Assembly: GCA_964016885.1 (NCBI GenBank)
Contig: OZ024744.1
Span: forward strand, 84,630,001 to 84,694,000
Direction: 5' to 3'
Length of the DNA stretch: 64,000 nt
From: Eledone cirrhosa
Taxonomy: Eukaryota
Below the pieces are notes generated by a model. It saw only the letters and a list, made by a program, of their open reading frames with translations. It ran no database searches and was not told where the DNA came from. This document shows, in pieces, positions 1-12,683 of the stretch. Position 1 is the stretch's first letter, and every line of letters begins with the position of its first letter. Position numbers and translations under genes: made by a program.

Positions 1-198
1 GTTGCATAAGTGCTGAATGCTTAGGTTGAATTGGTTATTGGTTGTGGTAATATTGTCTACGTTGTTGTCAGCCAGTGTGGAGTTTTGTGTTTTATCAAGT
101 TTTTCTGTAAGGATTGTGAGTTTCCCGTTTATCTGTTGTAGAATTTTAAGGATTTTCTCATTTATATTTCTAGTTGTGTTATCGGGTTCCAGTGCCAT
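1..198 (-). CDS. N-terminus of an ORF running off the left edge, probably a Penelope-like element ORF
   Basis: ATG at 198 followed by 66 stop-free codons (MALEPDNTTRNINEKILKILQQINGKL...). It starts ~25 nt after a copy of the pLTR-like repeat (221-407). Not in the ORF track; product inferred from context only. Confidence 0.4.
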   Translation of the reverse strand, partial: MALEPDNTTRNINEKILKILQQINGKLTILTEKLDKTQNSTLADNNVDNITTTNNQFNLSIQHLCN

Positions 199-220
199 TT
201 TTCGGATTTGTATCGTTTGA

Positions 221-617
221 TATATTAGAAAAGGGAAGTAAGGTTCTGTACAAGACAGTGGATATAGAGAAAAGGTGAAGTTGGAAATAGCACGGAAAAT
301 ATATTTAAGGGCCTGTTTTTGTTTTTTTATCCTTTCTTTGATTCGTCAAAGTGACATTATTGAGAATATGTCATTATTGAAATGAGAGGCACAATTCTTT
401 AAAAAAATATATATGTGGGCAGAGGGTGCAGTGCACCCTACTGCTGCATTAAGTGTGGCAGAGAGTTCGGGAACTACTATAGGTACCCGTTTACGTGTGT
501 TGTATTGAAGTGAATAACTATGTGTATACTCTGGGAATGTATCCTACATTACCTATTGAGTACGCTGAGATACAACCGGTCCTGGCATTGATACCTATGC
601 TGCGTCCGTCAGCTTCT

Positions 618-662
<45 letters not shown>

Positions 663-837
663 GGGAAGTAACGTTCTATACAAAACAGTGGATATAGAGA
701 AAAGGTGAAGTTGGAAATAGCATGGAAAATATATTTAAGGGCCTGTTTCTCTTTTTTTATCCTTTCTTTGATTCGTCAAAGTGACATTATTGAAAAGATC
801 TCATTATTGAAATGAGAGGCACAATTCTTTAAAAAAA
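221..837 (-). repeat. ~187-bp direct repeat (221-407 and 651-837), pseudo-LTR-like
   Basis: Two near-identical copies starting TATATTAGAAAAGGGAAGTA, period 430, with (TA)n at 620-655. On the minus strand the repeat lies 3' of the HHR-like motif at 864-905. Confidence 0.8.
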
Positions 838-863
838 AAAAAGTTATATAATGTATATAAAGT

Positions 864-905
864 ATTACCGGTTTCGATGTATTATTAAAATTCATCTTAT
901 CAAAT
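864..905 (-). ncRNA. Degenerate minimal hammerhead ribozyme (U3-A8 core)
   Basis: Minus strand: UUGAUAA-GAUG..CAUC-GAAAC-CG-GUA. Helix I is only 2 bp. Confidence 0.5.
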
Positions 906-2159
906 GTTGAGTATTGAAATAAAAAGTTTAAAAGAATCAATAGGAGTTAAAAAATAAAAATTAAAGATTTAAAATTAAAATCAAATGTTGGAGTAAGTTT
1001 TTTCCCATCTTTCTTGCTCAACACCTGTTTCGTGTGCACACACATGTGTGTATATATATGTGTATGTATATATGTATATGTACATATGTATGGGTACGTG
1101 AGTGTGTATGTATATATGTGCATATGTGTTTGCCTGCGCCCTGCACGGCCCTATAGTAGTATGGACCCCCGGAATATGAGCACGCATATGTCGTTAGCGT
1201 GTATACATGCGGAGACGCAGACATATGTACGACACATGCATGGTTCGCTGTGTCCGAAAATACCTATAACTCGCGTGACGTGTACATGAGCTTGTGGGGG
1301 CCAGTGCGGGAGTGCAGAATGACTAGTATGAAAACCCCATAGCCTCTGCCACGGGCAGACACATTTAGTAAGTTGTGCCCGTCTGGCTCCGTGTACCTTC
1401 CGTGTGTGCCTCTGTGGGGTGATGCATGGCTGGATATATATTTTTATTTACATTGATGCATGTGTGGATGTGCATGCATGTGTATATGCTCTTGTGTGTA
1501 CACATGTTTATTTATTTATTTTCCTTTTTATATTCTTTCACACAATATGCACTGAACAGGTATCTTGCCCCTACCCGCAGTGTTTTAGCAACCTCTCCAA
1601 ACAATGTTTTTCATAAAATTATTTATAGTCTTTTCTATAGTATATTCAAGCACTAACCTCATACCATAATCCTCATTTTTATATATTTGTTCACGCACTA
1701 ACCTCATAGCATTTCATCACCTCTTTAATTCTTTATAGCGCAAATCCCCTTTACCGATGTCTAAACAGCTTACAAATAAGCCCCACCTTAACCTAGTATA
1801 ACCTACCTCCCTTATGTCCGCTCACTCTTCCGTAACAAATTGATGACCAGCAGAAACCCCCTACTCCTGTTACAGCAGCACTTTCTTTCATGTCCTTTCA
1901 CGCACAGCCCTACCACATCCACACCACACACATCACCTCCACCTCACCACGTACACGCCGACATATCTATGGCAAGCCAAAACACCACACCCCGCAACGC
2001 ACATCAACCATTCCTCCCCACCACCACCTCGTCGCCCCCCTTCCCCACCTATTACACATCAAACCACCAATCAAAACAACATAAATTGACCACCATATGA
2101 ACGCAAAACGTTAGACATTTATATGCTTTATATATTCATTCTGTTATTACAACAGCAGA

Positions 2160-2244
2160 GGTCCGACGATCTTTTGATTCCTGTGTCGGGCCAGATCAAT
2201 ACAGATCGAACCTTGAGCTGATCAATAGCGAAACGCGCGTCACA
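2160..2244 (+). ncRNA. Type I hammerhead ribozyme, C4 core variant
   Basis: GGU-CCGACGA-UCUUUUGAUU..GAUCAAUAGC-GAAAC-GCGC-GUC-ACA. A second copy at 43213-43287 supports the consensus pairing. Confidence 0.65.
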
Positions 2245-2282
2245 AATCAATAAATCGAATGAAGGCTTAACAATTCGCCCCT

Positions 2283-2408
2283 CAGTATCGGTAGTTCAAA
2301 TCCCGCCGAAGTTAACTTTGCCTTTCATCCTTACGAGGTCGATAAAATAAAGTACCAGTAATGCACTGGGTAATTGCTGGCCTTGTGCCAAAAGTAGAAA
2401 CAATTATA
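2283..2408 (+). mobile_element. tRNA-derived SINE, internally deleted (another fragment at 2645-2710)
   Basis: B-box GTTCAAATCC, central CTTTGCCTTTCATCC..GGTCGATAAAATAAAGTACC (Nin-domain-like), 3' GGCCTTGTGCCAAAAGTAGAAACAATTAT. Confidence 0.85.
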
Positions 2409-2503
2409 TTACACTCTGTCTAGCTCTACACCTCGCCACTGACGTGAACCTAAACATCGAGTGCTCACCTGGGTGAACCTACTCTTCACGTTACACTCCC
2501 TGG

Positions 2504-2507
<4 letters not shown>

Positions 2508-2563
<56 letters not shown>

Positions 2564-2732
2564 GCATACAACGCGCATCCACAGTTTTTGCCTAGCAGAT
2601 TTCACTCTCAAAGCATTCAACATGAGATTGTATTATATGATACATGTTCAAATCCCGCCGAAATTAACTTTGCCTTTCATCCTTAAGTGGTCGATGAAAT
2701 AAAGCACCACATATATACACACACACACACAA

Positions 2733-2813
<81 letters not shown>
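2508..2813. repeat. (CA)n microsatellites (2508-2560, 2716-2813)
   Basis: Directly visible. Confidence 0.95.
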
Positions 2814-2819
<6 letters not shown>

Positions 2820-3599
2820 CCAATCAATACGTAATGCCTTTTTTTATCATAGCAGGCTCATTTTTACATATAATGAGTTGACATTTGGCACACGGGTAAA
2901 GGCATATATATTGTATAACTTCTTGAAAGAACCAGGAGCGGGATCAAAAGAGCTAAGAGATGTATTCATCAAGTAATGTCAAAATTGGATCCTAGAAAGG
3001 ACAATTGAATTCTACCAAAGCCAGTAACAGAAACAGCAACGGCTTTATGCAAGACAATAACATCGCAATTACAACTACATGACAAAATAAAAAAAATTAC
3101 ACCAGATGATGATGTGGGACAAACAAATACACAACCAAAAAGAGGACAAGGCAACATAACACTCAACGGGGAGCATATGCACACCCGGAGGACGTTTCGG
3201 AACTCCAGGGGTGTTTGGAGGGCATTGGGAGGCGTTTGGAAGGCTCTTTACTTTGGTAAGTTTTATAAACCATATTTGTATGTCTTTGAGACAGCCAGTG
3301 TGAATGCATTTGAATGAACATGCAGCCGGCATAACTATGGTCTGACCGCAGCTGTGAGCAGGCGTGTCTAGACATTAACCGGCAATTGAGATCCTAACAA
3401 TGGAAAAACACACAGTCAACTGGGTCAAGGACACTTTGAGCGCAGTCAGTTAGAAGCTTGTCTTTCCTTCACCGATAACAATGTATTTCATGTCTGAAAT
3501 TATTGACTCAACCGTAACGAGTTAACACTATGTAGATCTATTTTATTCCCTATTGTATAAATAATATTACAAATAAAAAAGAAAAAAAACACAGAAGCC

Positions 3600-4078
3600 G
3601 GTAGCACACACACATCTAGGACAACATTCAACACATAAGCAGATAATACACACATCTAGGACCACATACAACACATAAGCAGGTAATACACGCATCTAGG
3701 ACCACATACAACACATAAGCAGGTAATACACACATCTAGGACCACATGCAACACATAAGGAGGTAGCACACACATCTAGGACCACCTACAACACACAGGC
3801 AGGTAATACATACATTTAGGACCACATACAACACATAAGCAGGTAATACAAACATCTAGGACCACATATAACACAAAATCAGGTAATACATACATCTAGG
3901 ACCACATATAACACATAAGGAGGTAATACACACATCTAGGACCACATACAACACACAAGCAGGTAATACATACAGCTGGGACCACATGCAATACATAAGC
4001 AGGTAATACATACATCTAGGACTACCTACAACATACAGGCAGGTAATACATACATCTAGGACCAAATACAACACACAT
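3600..4078. repeat. 40-bp minisatellite, ~12 copies
   Basis: Unit ~AGGTAATACACACATCTAGGACCACATACAACACATAAGC. Confidence 0.95.
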
Positions 4079-5928
4079 TATATCATGTGCTACGGACGAC
4101 GCAAGAGCAATGGTCGGCCAAAATAAGGGTTTCGTCACTCTTCTGAAGAGAGAAAATCTATCTGTATTTGTTCTTCATTGTGTCATTCATCGACAACACT
4201 TGGCTGCGAAGAAACTCAGCAAGCCACTGAGCAAGTCCTTGCAGGTGGCCATCAATTTTATCAAACGGCATTCCCTCAATGAACGAATTTTCCGGCAACT
4301 GTGCCAAGATAATGACGAAGAATTCGTCAAGTTGCTCCTTCATAATTGTTTCTACTTTTGGCACAAGGCCAGCAATTACCCAGTGCATTACTGGTACTTT
4401 ATTTTATCGACCCGGTAAGGATGAAATGCAAAGTTAACCTCGGCGGGATTTGAACTCAGTCCGTAAAGGGACGTAACTATGCTGCAAAGCATAGCGTCCG
4501 ACCCTCTACCGATACTGCCAATCAACATAATGAAGTGAGGTGGCTTTCAAAGGGCAAGTGCCTTACTCACTTCTTTGAACTGTTCGACTCTATCATTGAG
4601 TTTCTGCGAGGACGCAACACAGAACTGTACAAGAAAACCCTCGATGTGAAGCAAAATTGCGCCTACCTCACCGACATCTTCGACAAATGAAATAGCGTCA
4701 TTTTGGTTTTGCAAGAAATGCTGTGAAAACATTCCTGGCCAAATTGAATGTAATCGAAAGGAATCTTTGTTGACGGGAATTCTATAATTTGCCGAGTGTC
4801 GCCAATGTTCAAAACATTGTAAGCGATGACCAACTCCAAATTTATACCGCTCACCTCCGTGCACTACAAGACAACATGAGAGAACGGTTTGTCGACATTT
4901 TGCCGATGGACATCCCAATGTGGGTAGCAGATCCCTTCATAGCTAACGTCGATGATTTGGACGTTATATTTCAGGAAGAATTCATTGAACTTCAAGCAGA
5001 TGACATGATCAAAATTAGATTTCCCAAAATAGGTTAACCCCTTTTTGGGATGCAAGAGGAAATTCAGCGTCGATTTCCACACCTACATGCAGAGGCTAAA
5101 AGATTTGCTCTACCTTTTCCAAGCTCATACTTAGTCGAGAGGAGGTTTGGTGCTGTTTCCAGACTGCACAGTAAGGCTCGCAACCGCTACAATGTAATTA
5201 CACGTGGAGATCTCCGGCTACATCTTACGAAAATCCAGCCTCACGTCAAAGAGTTAGCTAGACTCCATAAAGTTCAAGGATCCCATTGAAATGAGGTCAA
5301 AGTTAAAGTAAGTTCATTTATCCGAAAACTTGGATATGCTATTGTTACAAAGCAAACTAACAATTTTTTTTTATTTGTAGTTGCAGCCTGACTGGATTGG
5401 AAACCATCTACTACAATTCACTTGTTGTATATATTTGTTGTATATATTTTACCATTTACTAATAAATATACCCTCCCGCGTGGTCATGAAAATCCTCTTC
5501 CGTGGTCCCTAAGCTCACAAAGCGGATGGGACATCAAGTTAGTTATCAACATTTATTCGGTCTGTTTCATTAAAGGGAAAATTGGAAAGCTTTGAAATGA
5601 TATAATTGCCACTTTCTTCCAGATAAGAGCACACTTGGGATAGACAGAGTTGCTCTTGTATAAATGTCCAAAATAGCTGGTAACGCCTGGTGAGAATATA
5701 ACAAATTCAACTGGTCCTTATTCATAAAAAAGAACATTTATGTTCCTTTTTTGAAATTTATATATTTCCTTTCAAGGAATGTATTTATACTCTCAGCTGC
5801 CTGCAATGGTATATTTAGAATATTGTTAATCAATTTTTTAGTAATCTACTGATATCAAATCAGTAGTATATTGAAAAATGGAAAAATAGGGTAGGGGGCG
5901 TTTCGTGATTTATGGTTTGAGAACCTGT
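4079..5928 (+). mobile_element. hAT (Charlie/Buster, ZBED5/SCAND3-like) transposon relic; transposase pseudogene 4079-5289
   Basis: Motifs CATD..AMVG..KG, HCVIHRQHLAAK, LLLHNEVRWLSKG (after SINE removal), PFPSSYLVER, RGDLRLHLTKIQP. Stops and frameshifts present. TIR-like GGTTTGAGAACCTGTG at ~5913-5928. Confidence 0.85.
4347..4525 (-). mobile_element. SINE inserted in the hAT transposase
   Basis: Flanked by TSD CATAAT (4341-4346, 4526-4531). Removing it restores LLLHNEVRW. Confidence 0.92.
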
Positions 5929-6000
5929 GTTTTAGATGATTATCTCAAAGTAACTCGCCAAATCCTTCCCCGAATGACTCGAGTAAAGAAAAATCTCTAA

Positions 6001-6167
6001 ATAATTGTTTCTACTTTTGGCACAAGGCCAGCGATTATCCCAGTGTATTACTGCTACTTTTTTTTATCGACCCCATAAGGATGAAAGGCAAAGTTAACCT
6101 CGGCAGGATTTGAACTCAGACCATAAAGGACTGTAACTCTTTGCTGCAAAGCACGGTGTCCGACCCG
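6001..6167 (-). mobile_element. tRNA-derived SINE
   Basis: Same consensus as 4347-4525. Confidence 0.9.
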
Positions 6168-6765
6168 TAAGTATCATAAACAAGATATTCATAAGAAGCC
6201 TGACGAACAAAATTACGAAACAATTCGACAAAAATATCATTGATCATCTAGACGCCATTAATGAATAAATCCGAAAATATGTGTTTATTTAGCATTCCAC
6301 CTTGCACAGCTTTTGTGAACTACCAAAATCCGTATATTAGTAAAGATAATAGCTGTAACAAACTAAAACTAATGTATTGAGTCAGCATAAATCAAGGTTT
6401 TAAAACATATACGCCATTGTAGCGAGATAGGATAGAATTATGTTATCGCTGTGGCGTAATTTGGTCGTGCTTGGTCAGTCGCCAGCCCTGTAAGGGTGGT
6501 GACGTATGAATACCAATGACCATTTCCGCCCAGCAGTAGAATGCGCCTTTTGCAAAATTAACCAGTAGCACGTCGGACGCTGATAGTGTAATAGGCCTTA
6601 ACTGGCTTTCCAAGTTTTTTATTTTCCTCACTAACATTGAGAGCAGGTCTTTAGTTGGTTTTTTTCAAGGATTTATTATTTATCCGTTTGTCTTAGTTTT
6701 ACCAACTATTGGAATCCCTGACAATAGGTAAGGATAAATTATAGCCTGTCTCGCTGCATTTTTTA

Positions 6766-7060
6766 CCTTGGCCCTAGGGCTACCTCCCTACTTACCACCA
6801 TAGGCGCTGAGCTGGCTAGCCGCAGGTGTGAGCCTGGTGAGATGGAATGGCTATTCCAGCGCATCTCCTTTACCGTCCTCCGGAGAAACGCCTTCTCCAT
6901 TCTGTCGGCCGGGGCCGTGAGGCGGGCATCACGTGGGACCCCATTTGTTCATAATACAGAGGGATGGGGAGGGCAAGAGAGATGGAGGAGATGACAGTGG
7001 GAGTTCGGCTCTTCTGTGTTTGGACCTGGTGTGCAGTGTCAGTTGTCCATAAGGAGGTAG
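6766..7060 (+). mobile_element. 3' fragment of a CRE-type non-LTR retrotransposon
   Basis: Encodes TSLLTTIG..EPGEMEWLFQRISFTVLRRNAFSIL (end of REL endonuclease). Homologous to 40690-40938. Confidence 0.7.
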
Positions 7061-7653
7061 TGATTCATTTACTTTCAACCTACCATCATTTCGTTGTCAT
7101 TAATTAGTTTAAAATTATTCCTGTTATCTTAATTCATGCAAACAAAAAATATAATTTTACGATCAAATTTAAAAACTGAAATTAAATTTAAAGACATCAA
7201 ATTTTTTTACATTTTCAGAACAGAACCAACTTATTGCAGGTTCGAGTACATTACCTCCTACGGTAAAATCAACTTAATTTTGTCATCATATACACTCAAA
7301 TAGTAGCTCCATAATTGTGATTAATTATGAAATATTATAATATATTACTTACCGTTAATTATAAGACGTATTATTATTTCACATTATATAATTACATTAT
7401 AAATAAACGGCGGTCGATTAATCGATATCGGACGATAAGGTAAGACTTGTTAATCGGTAATCGGTCAATTTGCTTATCGGTGCGTCCCGATTGGTGACAT
7501 GCAGAGATTGGTTGAATCATAATAGCCAATGAACTTCGTGTAACTAGCATCTGCTGTTAATGTGGGGATAGCCTCTTTCTTTCGTAAGTTTCCGTGTATC
7601 GTTCAATGGTCTGGTTATAGTAACATTGATATTTTTGGTGAAACATTTTTTTA

Positions 7654-7777
<124 letters not shown>

Positions 7778-7869
7778 CGCGTGCACATGTGTGTTTATTT
7801 GTTTGTTTGGAAAATCCGATTTTCACTTTTTACCTACAAATGCAGATATCAAAGATATATAGAGTAGCA

Positions 7870-7998
7870 ATAATTGTTTCTACTGTTGGCACAAGGCCAA
7901 CAATTAACCCAGTGCATTACTGGTATTTTATTTTATCGACCCTGTCAGGATGAAAAGCAAAAAAACCTCTGCGGGATTTGAACTCAGACCGTAAAGGA
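7870..7998 (-). mobile_element. tRNA-derived SINE, 5' truncated
   Basis: SINE consensus; the left flank 7809-7869 is shared with 17850-17909. Confidence 0.88.
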
Positions 7999-8536
7999 GT
8001 GTGTATGTGGGGGGGGGGGGGGGGGCGCACGTGTGTATATTTGTTTGTTTGTTTTTGTGTTGTTGGTGGTGGTATTTTTTAAACAGAGGAAACACTCGTG
8101 TGGATGTATTCTTTTTACCTAGATGATTTATTCATTTTGATTTAAAATGTTGCGAAGACTCCAAAAGACGGAGACGGATCGAATAATTCGATAGGATGGT
8201 CACGATATAAGGCAGCTTGATTATCCGTATGTAAAAATATCGCTGAAATGGACAAGAACAACGGCTCAGTGCCCCTTATGTCACCATTAAAAAAAAAAAA
8301 AATACAGCCGTCACTCGAATTCAAATACTCTCTAGGCAGGAGTTTGAATAAGCAGGGCGCAGGTTGAAATAAGCGGGGATGGTTGGGTAATCGGTAATTT
8401 TATGAAGCTGCCTCCGTTTATTTTTTTTTTAACCAGAATTAGTCGTTTAGTTTGCATATTGAGAACACCCCCACATGTTCTATTTATTTTAATAAGCAGG
8501 GGCGGAGGGATCTGAAAAGTTGATAAGCGAAGGGCG

Positions 8537-10339
8537 CCGTGTAACATATTTTTTGTTCCCCGGTTCTAAGTGTCATTTTCTGGTTTGTTATATCCCATTA
8601 TTTCAAAAAACACTATTATTTAAAAACACTATTATTTAATCAGAAGTTTGGGTTTGTGGTCAGGAGTTTGATACTTCGAAATGTTCATATTTTTCAAGAA
8701 AAAACACATTTTTTTAAATTTATCAGTTCATACAATTAAATCAACAGAGTATATATTTATTTTATTACACAAGCTTATCAAAAGTAAACAAGTAAAAACA
8801 AATAACACTTATAAAGCAACTTATACACGTCAGAAATGGCGGGATTTCCTGGATTTGCGGTTATAGTCCAGGTCGCATTCCTGCACTAGCCCCCAGATAT
8901 AGTCCCCCATCATTTTTTCATTGTAGTGGCCCTGGTACCTCCGCTCTATCTCTTTCACATCTTGGTGGAATCGTTCGCCTTGTTCTTCTGAGTAGGCGCC
9001 CATATTGTCCTTGAATTTTTCCAGCTGAGTGTCCAGCATATGGAGTTTAAGCAACATCCTGCATCCCATGGCGCCAAAAGCTTTTATCAGATCCTGCACC
9101 AGTTGCTGGTAGTTTTCAGCTCTGTAGTTGCCCAGGAAGCCGCCCTTAATAACTGCCTTGAAACAGTTCCATGCTGTTCTCTCAATCCGATTGAGCTTAT
9201 TGGAGAACTCGGTAGACTCAAACGCCTTCTTTATCTGAGGTCCAACCAAAATTCCACTTTTGATTTTGGCCTCAGATAACTTGGGTAAGAACTCAAGAAG
9301 GTACTTAAAAGCGGCTGATTCTTGGTTGAGAGCCTTCACAAACTGCTTCATCAACCCCAACTTAATGTGGAGTGGCGGCATGAGCACAATCCTGGGATCA
9401 ACCAGTGGCTCCCACATGACGTTCCGGGTCCCAACTACAAATTCTGTTCGCTGCTCCCAGTTCTTTCTTTTGTAGTGGTCAGAGGTGGCTCTGCTGTCCC
9501 AAAGGCAGAGGAAGCATTGGAATTTTATAAATCCTCCTTGGAGTCCAAGCAGGAAAGCCACCATCTTGAAGTCTCCAATGATTTCCCAATTGTACTGGTT
9601 GTATTGCAGAGCTTCCAAGAGGACTTTCACACTGTAGTAATCTTCCTTCAGGCAGACTGAATGAGCTAGGGGCAGTGTCGGGAACTTGTTTCCATTGTGG
9701 AGGAGGACAGGCTTCAAACTTGTGGTGGAGCTGTCTATAAATAGCCGCCACTCCTTGGGCACAAACGTTACCCCAATAACTTCAAACAGTCCAGGCATGT
9801 CATGGCAGAAGCAGAGGCCATCCCTAAGAGTGTAAAAGCCTGAGAAAGGTTTGTGTCGACTTCTCTGACTTGTCAACTGCACTTCCTCCTTGACCAAGTT
9901 CCACTGCTTCATCCTGGAGACGAATAGCTCTGCATTGGACTTGGTCAGACCCATATCCCTGACCAAGTCATTGACTTCTTTTTGGTTTGGGAAGTGAGGA
10001 ACTTTTTCTGGTACCCCAGTATCAATAAATCTCTTTAATGCACTTTTTAACAATTTTATACTTTATTGCATTTTTATAATTTTCTTTAGGTATTACTCTT
10101 TATTTTATAATTTTAATTTAACCTGAAACATATATAAAAAAAATCATTTAACATAAGCAAATTAAACTTACATACAACGTAAAATCCAGCATACAAATAA
10201 TTCTAGAATTCTTAGAATTTTTACAAACCCAAACTTTTAACTGTTTAATAGCACTTTTTATTTATTTGGGACCTAAGCAACAAAAAAAAAAGTGATTACA
10301 AGCCAGGAACAGAGAAAAAAAATGTTTTGTTACACGGTG
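8537..10339 (-). mobile_element. Chapaev3-like (CMC) DNA transposon with TIRs
   Basis: Inverted termini CCGTGTAACA at 8537 and TGTTACACGGTG ending 10339, followed by TTA. CAC terminus plus transposase motifs. The left TSD is lost. Confidence 0.75.
8830..10053 (-). CDS. DDE transposase core, Chapaev3-like, N-terminally incomplete
   Basis: 407-codon open frame with WRLFIDSS, IGDFKMV, CFLCLWDSR, PPLHIKLGLMKQFVKAL, SEEQGERFHQD..ERRYQG. Confidence 0.85.
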   Translation of the reverse strand: MLKSALKRFIDTGVPEKVPHFPNQKEVNDLVRDMGLTKSNAELFVSRMKQWNLVKEEVQLTSQRSRHKPFSGFYTLRDGLCFCHDMPGLFEVIGVTFVPKEWRLFIDSSTTSLKPVLLHNGNKFPTLPLAHSVCLKEDYYSVKVLLEALQYNQYNWEIIGDFKMVAFLLGLQGGFIKFQCFLCLWDSRATSDHYKRKNWEQRTEFVVGTRNVMWEPLVDPRIVLMPPLHIKLGLMKQFVKALNQESAAFKYLLEFLPKLSEAKIKSGILVGPQIKKAFESTEFSNKLNRIERTAWNCFKAVIKGGFLGNYRAENYQQLVQDLIKAFGAMGCRMLLKLHMLDTQLEKFKDNMGAYSEEQGERFHQDVKEIERRYQGHYNEKMMGDYIWGLVQECDLDYNRKSRKSRHF

Positions 10340-10624
10340 TTATTCGACACCAGAGAATATAACTTGGTAGAATGTACGATGCTTACAATAAGGGTTTTAG
10401 GTACACATGCAGTTATAAGCAGACACAAATGCCCGCTCGACTTTCCCCTCTCTTAATCAAGGATGACAGCTGGATGGAGGGAGTGGTGCACCAGCACCGA
10501 GTTGATACTTTCTCTATCGAACCCGAAAGAATTAAAGGAAAAGATCAACTCAGAATACAGAGTCCCGAACAAATATCCAGCGCTCACACGACTCTACCAA
10601 ATCGACTGCATTATGTTACCATCT

Positions 10625-10911
10625 AAGACTAAAGTCTCTCTCAAGCCAGGAGGCTCGTCAGACCGGTACATATCCAGGTTTCCGTGGCGTGAGGCGACTA
10701 AAAGTACAACATTTTTCCCTGGACAGGATGCCAGTTTATCACAGGGTTAAATCCCCAGCTGCTACTCATTTTCAGCTGAGTATACTGGAGCAACGTAAAA
10801 TGAAGTGTTTTGTTCAATAATACAAACTACAACCCAGCCCAGCTCAGGAATTGAACCCACGACTGAATAATCCTAAGTCCAACACCCTTACCACTGGACC
10901 ATGTGCCTCCA
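10625..10911 (-). mobile_element. Second tRNA-derived SINE family (CORE-like)
   Basis: tRNA-like head with A/B boxes and central ACACTTCATTTTACGTTGCTCCAGT. Related pieces at 43702-43857, 53105-53210 and ~60695-60745. Confidence 0.75.
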
Positions 10912-12683
10912 CTTATGTCACCATAACAACCAGAAATAACACAGTGACACTCCAACAGCTAGCAAATAAACTTATTACATTTTTTTTAATCAACTACCAA
11001 AAATCGCATGAAAAAATAAAAAAAATAAACGTTACATACATTCCATCTAGCTTGCAGCCTCTACCTTTTCTTTCAATCATATCTATATATAAATTTCTAC
11101 AATTCTGTCACAACACGTAAAGAGTGAGGAGTAGTTTTTGACTTTACGTCTGCTGCCTGCGTGAGTGTATGTGTGTTTAAGGGGATGGTGAAAAGAACTA
11201 CTCTGTATGTGAGTGTATGTGTGTGTTTGTGTAAATGTATATGTGTGTGTATTTGTGTGAATGTATGTCTGTGACTGTGTGTTTGCGCGTTTATATACAT
11301 ACATATAAATGTATGCATATGCACATACACACACGCACACACATATACACATACGAGTCAGCGTATGGAAATAAAAATTCTAGTACCAGTAAAATTTTAG
11401 GAAAATCTGATAACTGAAAAACTTCACGGCCTGATAAAATTACAAATACACACCTAAAATACCTCCACCCCCAAGGAATTCTTTCGTTCACCAACATCTT
11501 TAACTTCTCATATCAAAATTATAAAAACCCATAATCTGGAAAGTGAGGGGGGTAGGGGAACCATTACCCACCTGCGAACACATTCAAACATTTTAGTGCT
11601 CTTAAATGCGCAGAACACAAACTACTTTTCTATGACCCGCGCATGAAAAATTAATAAACGGAGTTAAACCTCCACCTATTGCTGGTATTTATTTTCAGCT
11701 GATTTATAACGAGATCGACCGAAACAGAACGACCGTTTGTTTGCTATTACCTCGGGGTAATTTTGTAATACTGAAAAATTCGTTATAATGGTATTCGTTA
11801 TAACGGAATTTGACCTGTATATAGTAATCTTGCTGTTTATCATCAACGTCTTACTTCGATAGCTACTTACTTGTCAACAAAATACTCAACACGCTTTATC
11901 AATACAAAACACATATTTAATTAATAATTCCCTCCCAGGTCGACACGTTTTTGTAGCGTAACAAAGGTACCGTAAACCGAGGTTACTTTAAAAGCAAAAC
12001 AAAACCAAAAAAAACAATAGAAACTATTTATGCCATCATAGTTCTTAAATATTATTATTTTGGAAAAGATGTCTTGATAAATCGAAACTTTCGTTATCAT
12101 TTGAACTATCTTTAAAAGCATTTCCTTTAAATGACTTTAAACTACGTAAAAATATGTAAATTAAGTAGCCGGCATACAGACGCTCAACTATTGACTCTAT
12201 CAACATTCAGTCTGATCAAAGGGAATAAATGTGTATTTTGTATATATATTTTACATTTGATACATTCTTAATATGTTTTTAATTGATTCTGTAAATTACA
12301 TTTCAATGGGATGTTTTGTTCAGCTACAAAATCCGTGTAATTCAGACTTTTTGTCAATCACTTCAAATGTTTAAAAATGTCGATACCGTGGAAATTTCGG
12401 AAGCAGTCCTTGGTGTGCTCAAGCTTGTGAGAGGCGTCAGGCTTCTAGATGAAGGGCCAGTCAAGAAAAGCGGAGAACTAGAGTAGACATAATTCCAGGG
12501 AGGAGTATTTGCCACTTCATCCCAGTGAACAACAAGACACAAGTACCCTTAATACCTCTCGTGTCAAATCTATTTCGGACCGCGTTCATAATGGGAAAGG
12601 CTCAATGAAGAATCAAACCATGGGTAAACGCAAAGCTCAAAATGGACCTGCTAAGTTGAAATATAGCTGTATTATTTGTGAAG

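Larger units (their letters stand above)
8326..10358. mobile_element. MITE split by the Chapaev-like insertion (8326-8536 plus 10340-10358)
   Basis: Termini TACTCTCT..GAATAA and TTATTCGACACCAGAGAATA. A related copy lies in opposite orientation at 13642-13930 (shared CAGAATTAGTCGTTTAGTTT). Confidence 0.6.

Noticed and set aside
3600-4078. Regular repeat array resembling CRISPR
   Set aside because: Contiguous 40-bp units with no unique spacers, no cas genes, eukaryotic context.
5621-5690. Exon bounded by TTCCAG and GTGAG
   Set aside because: Stops in all three frames, and it lies within the hAT relic.
6198-6232. CTGACGA..GAAAC hammerhead-like string
   Set aside because: No helix I, II or III pairing.
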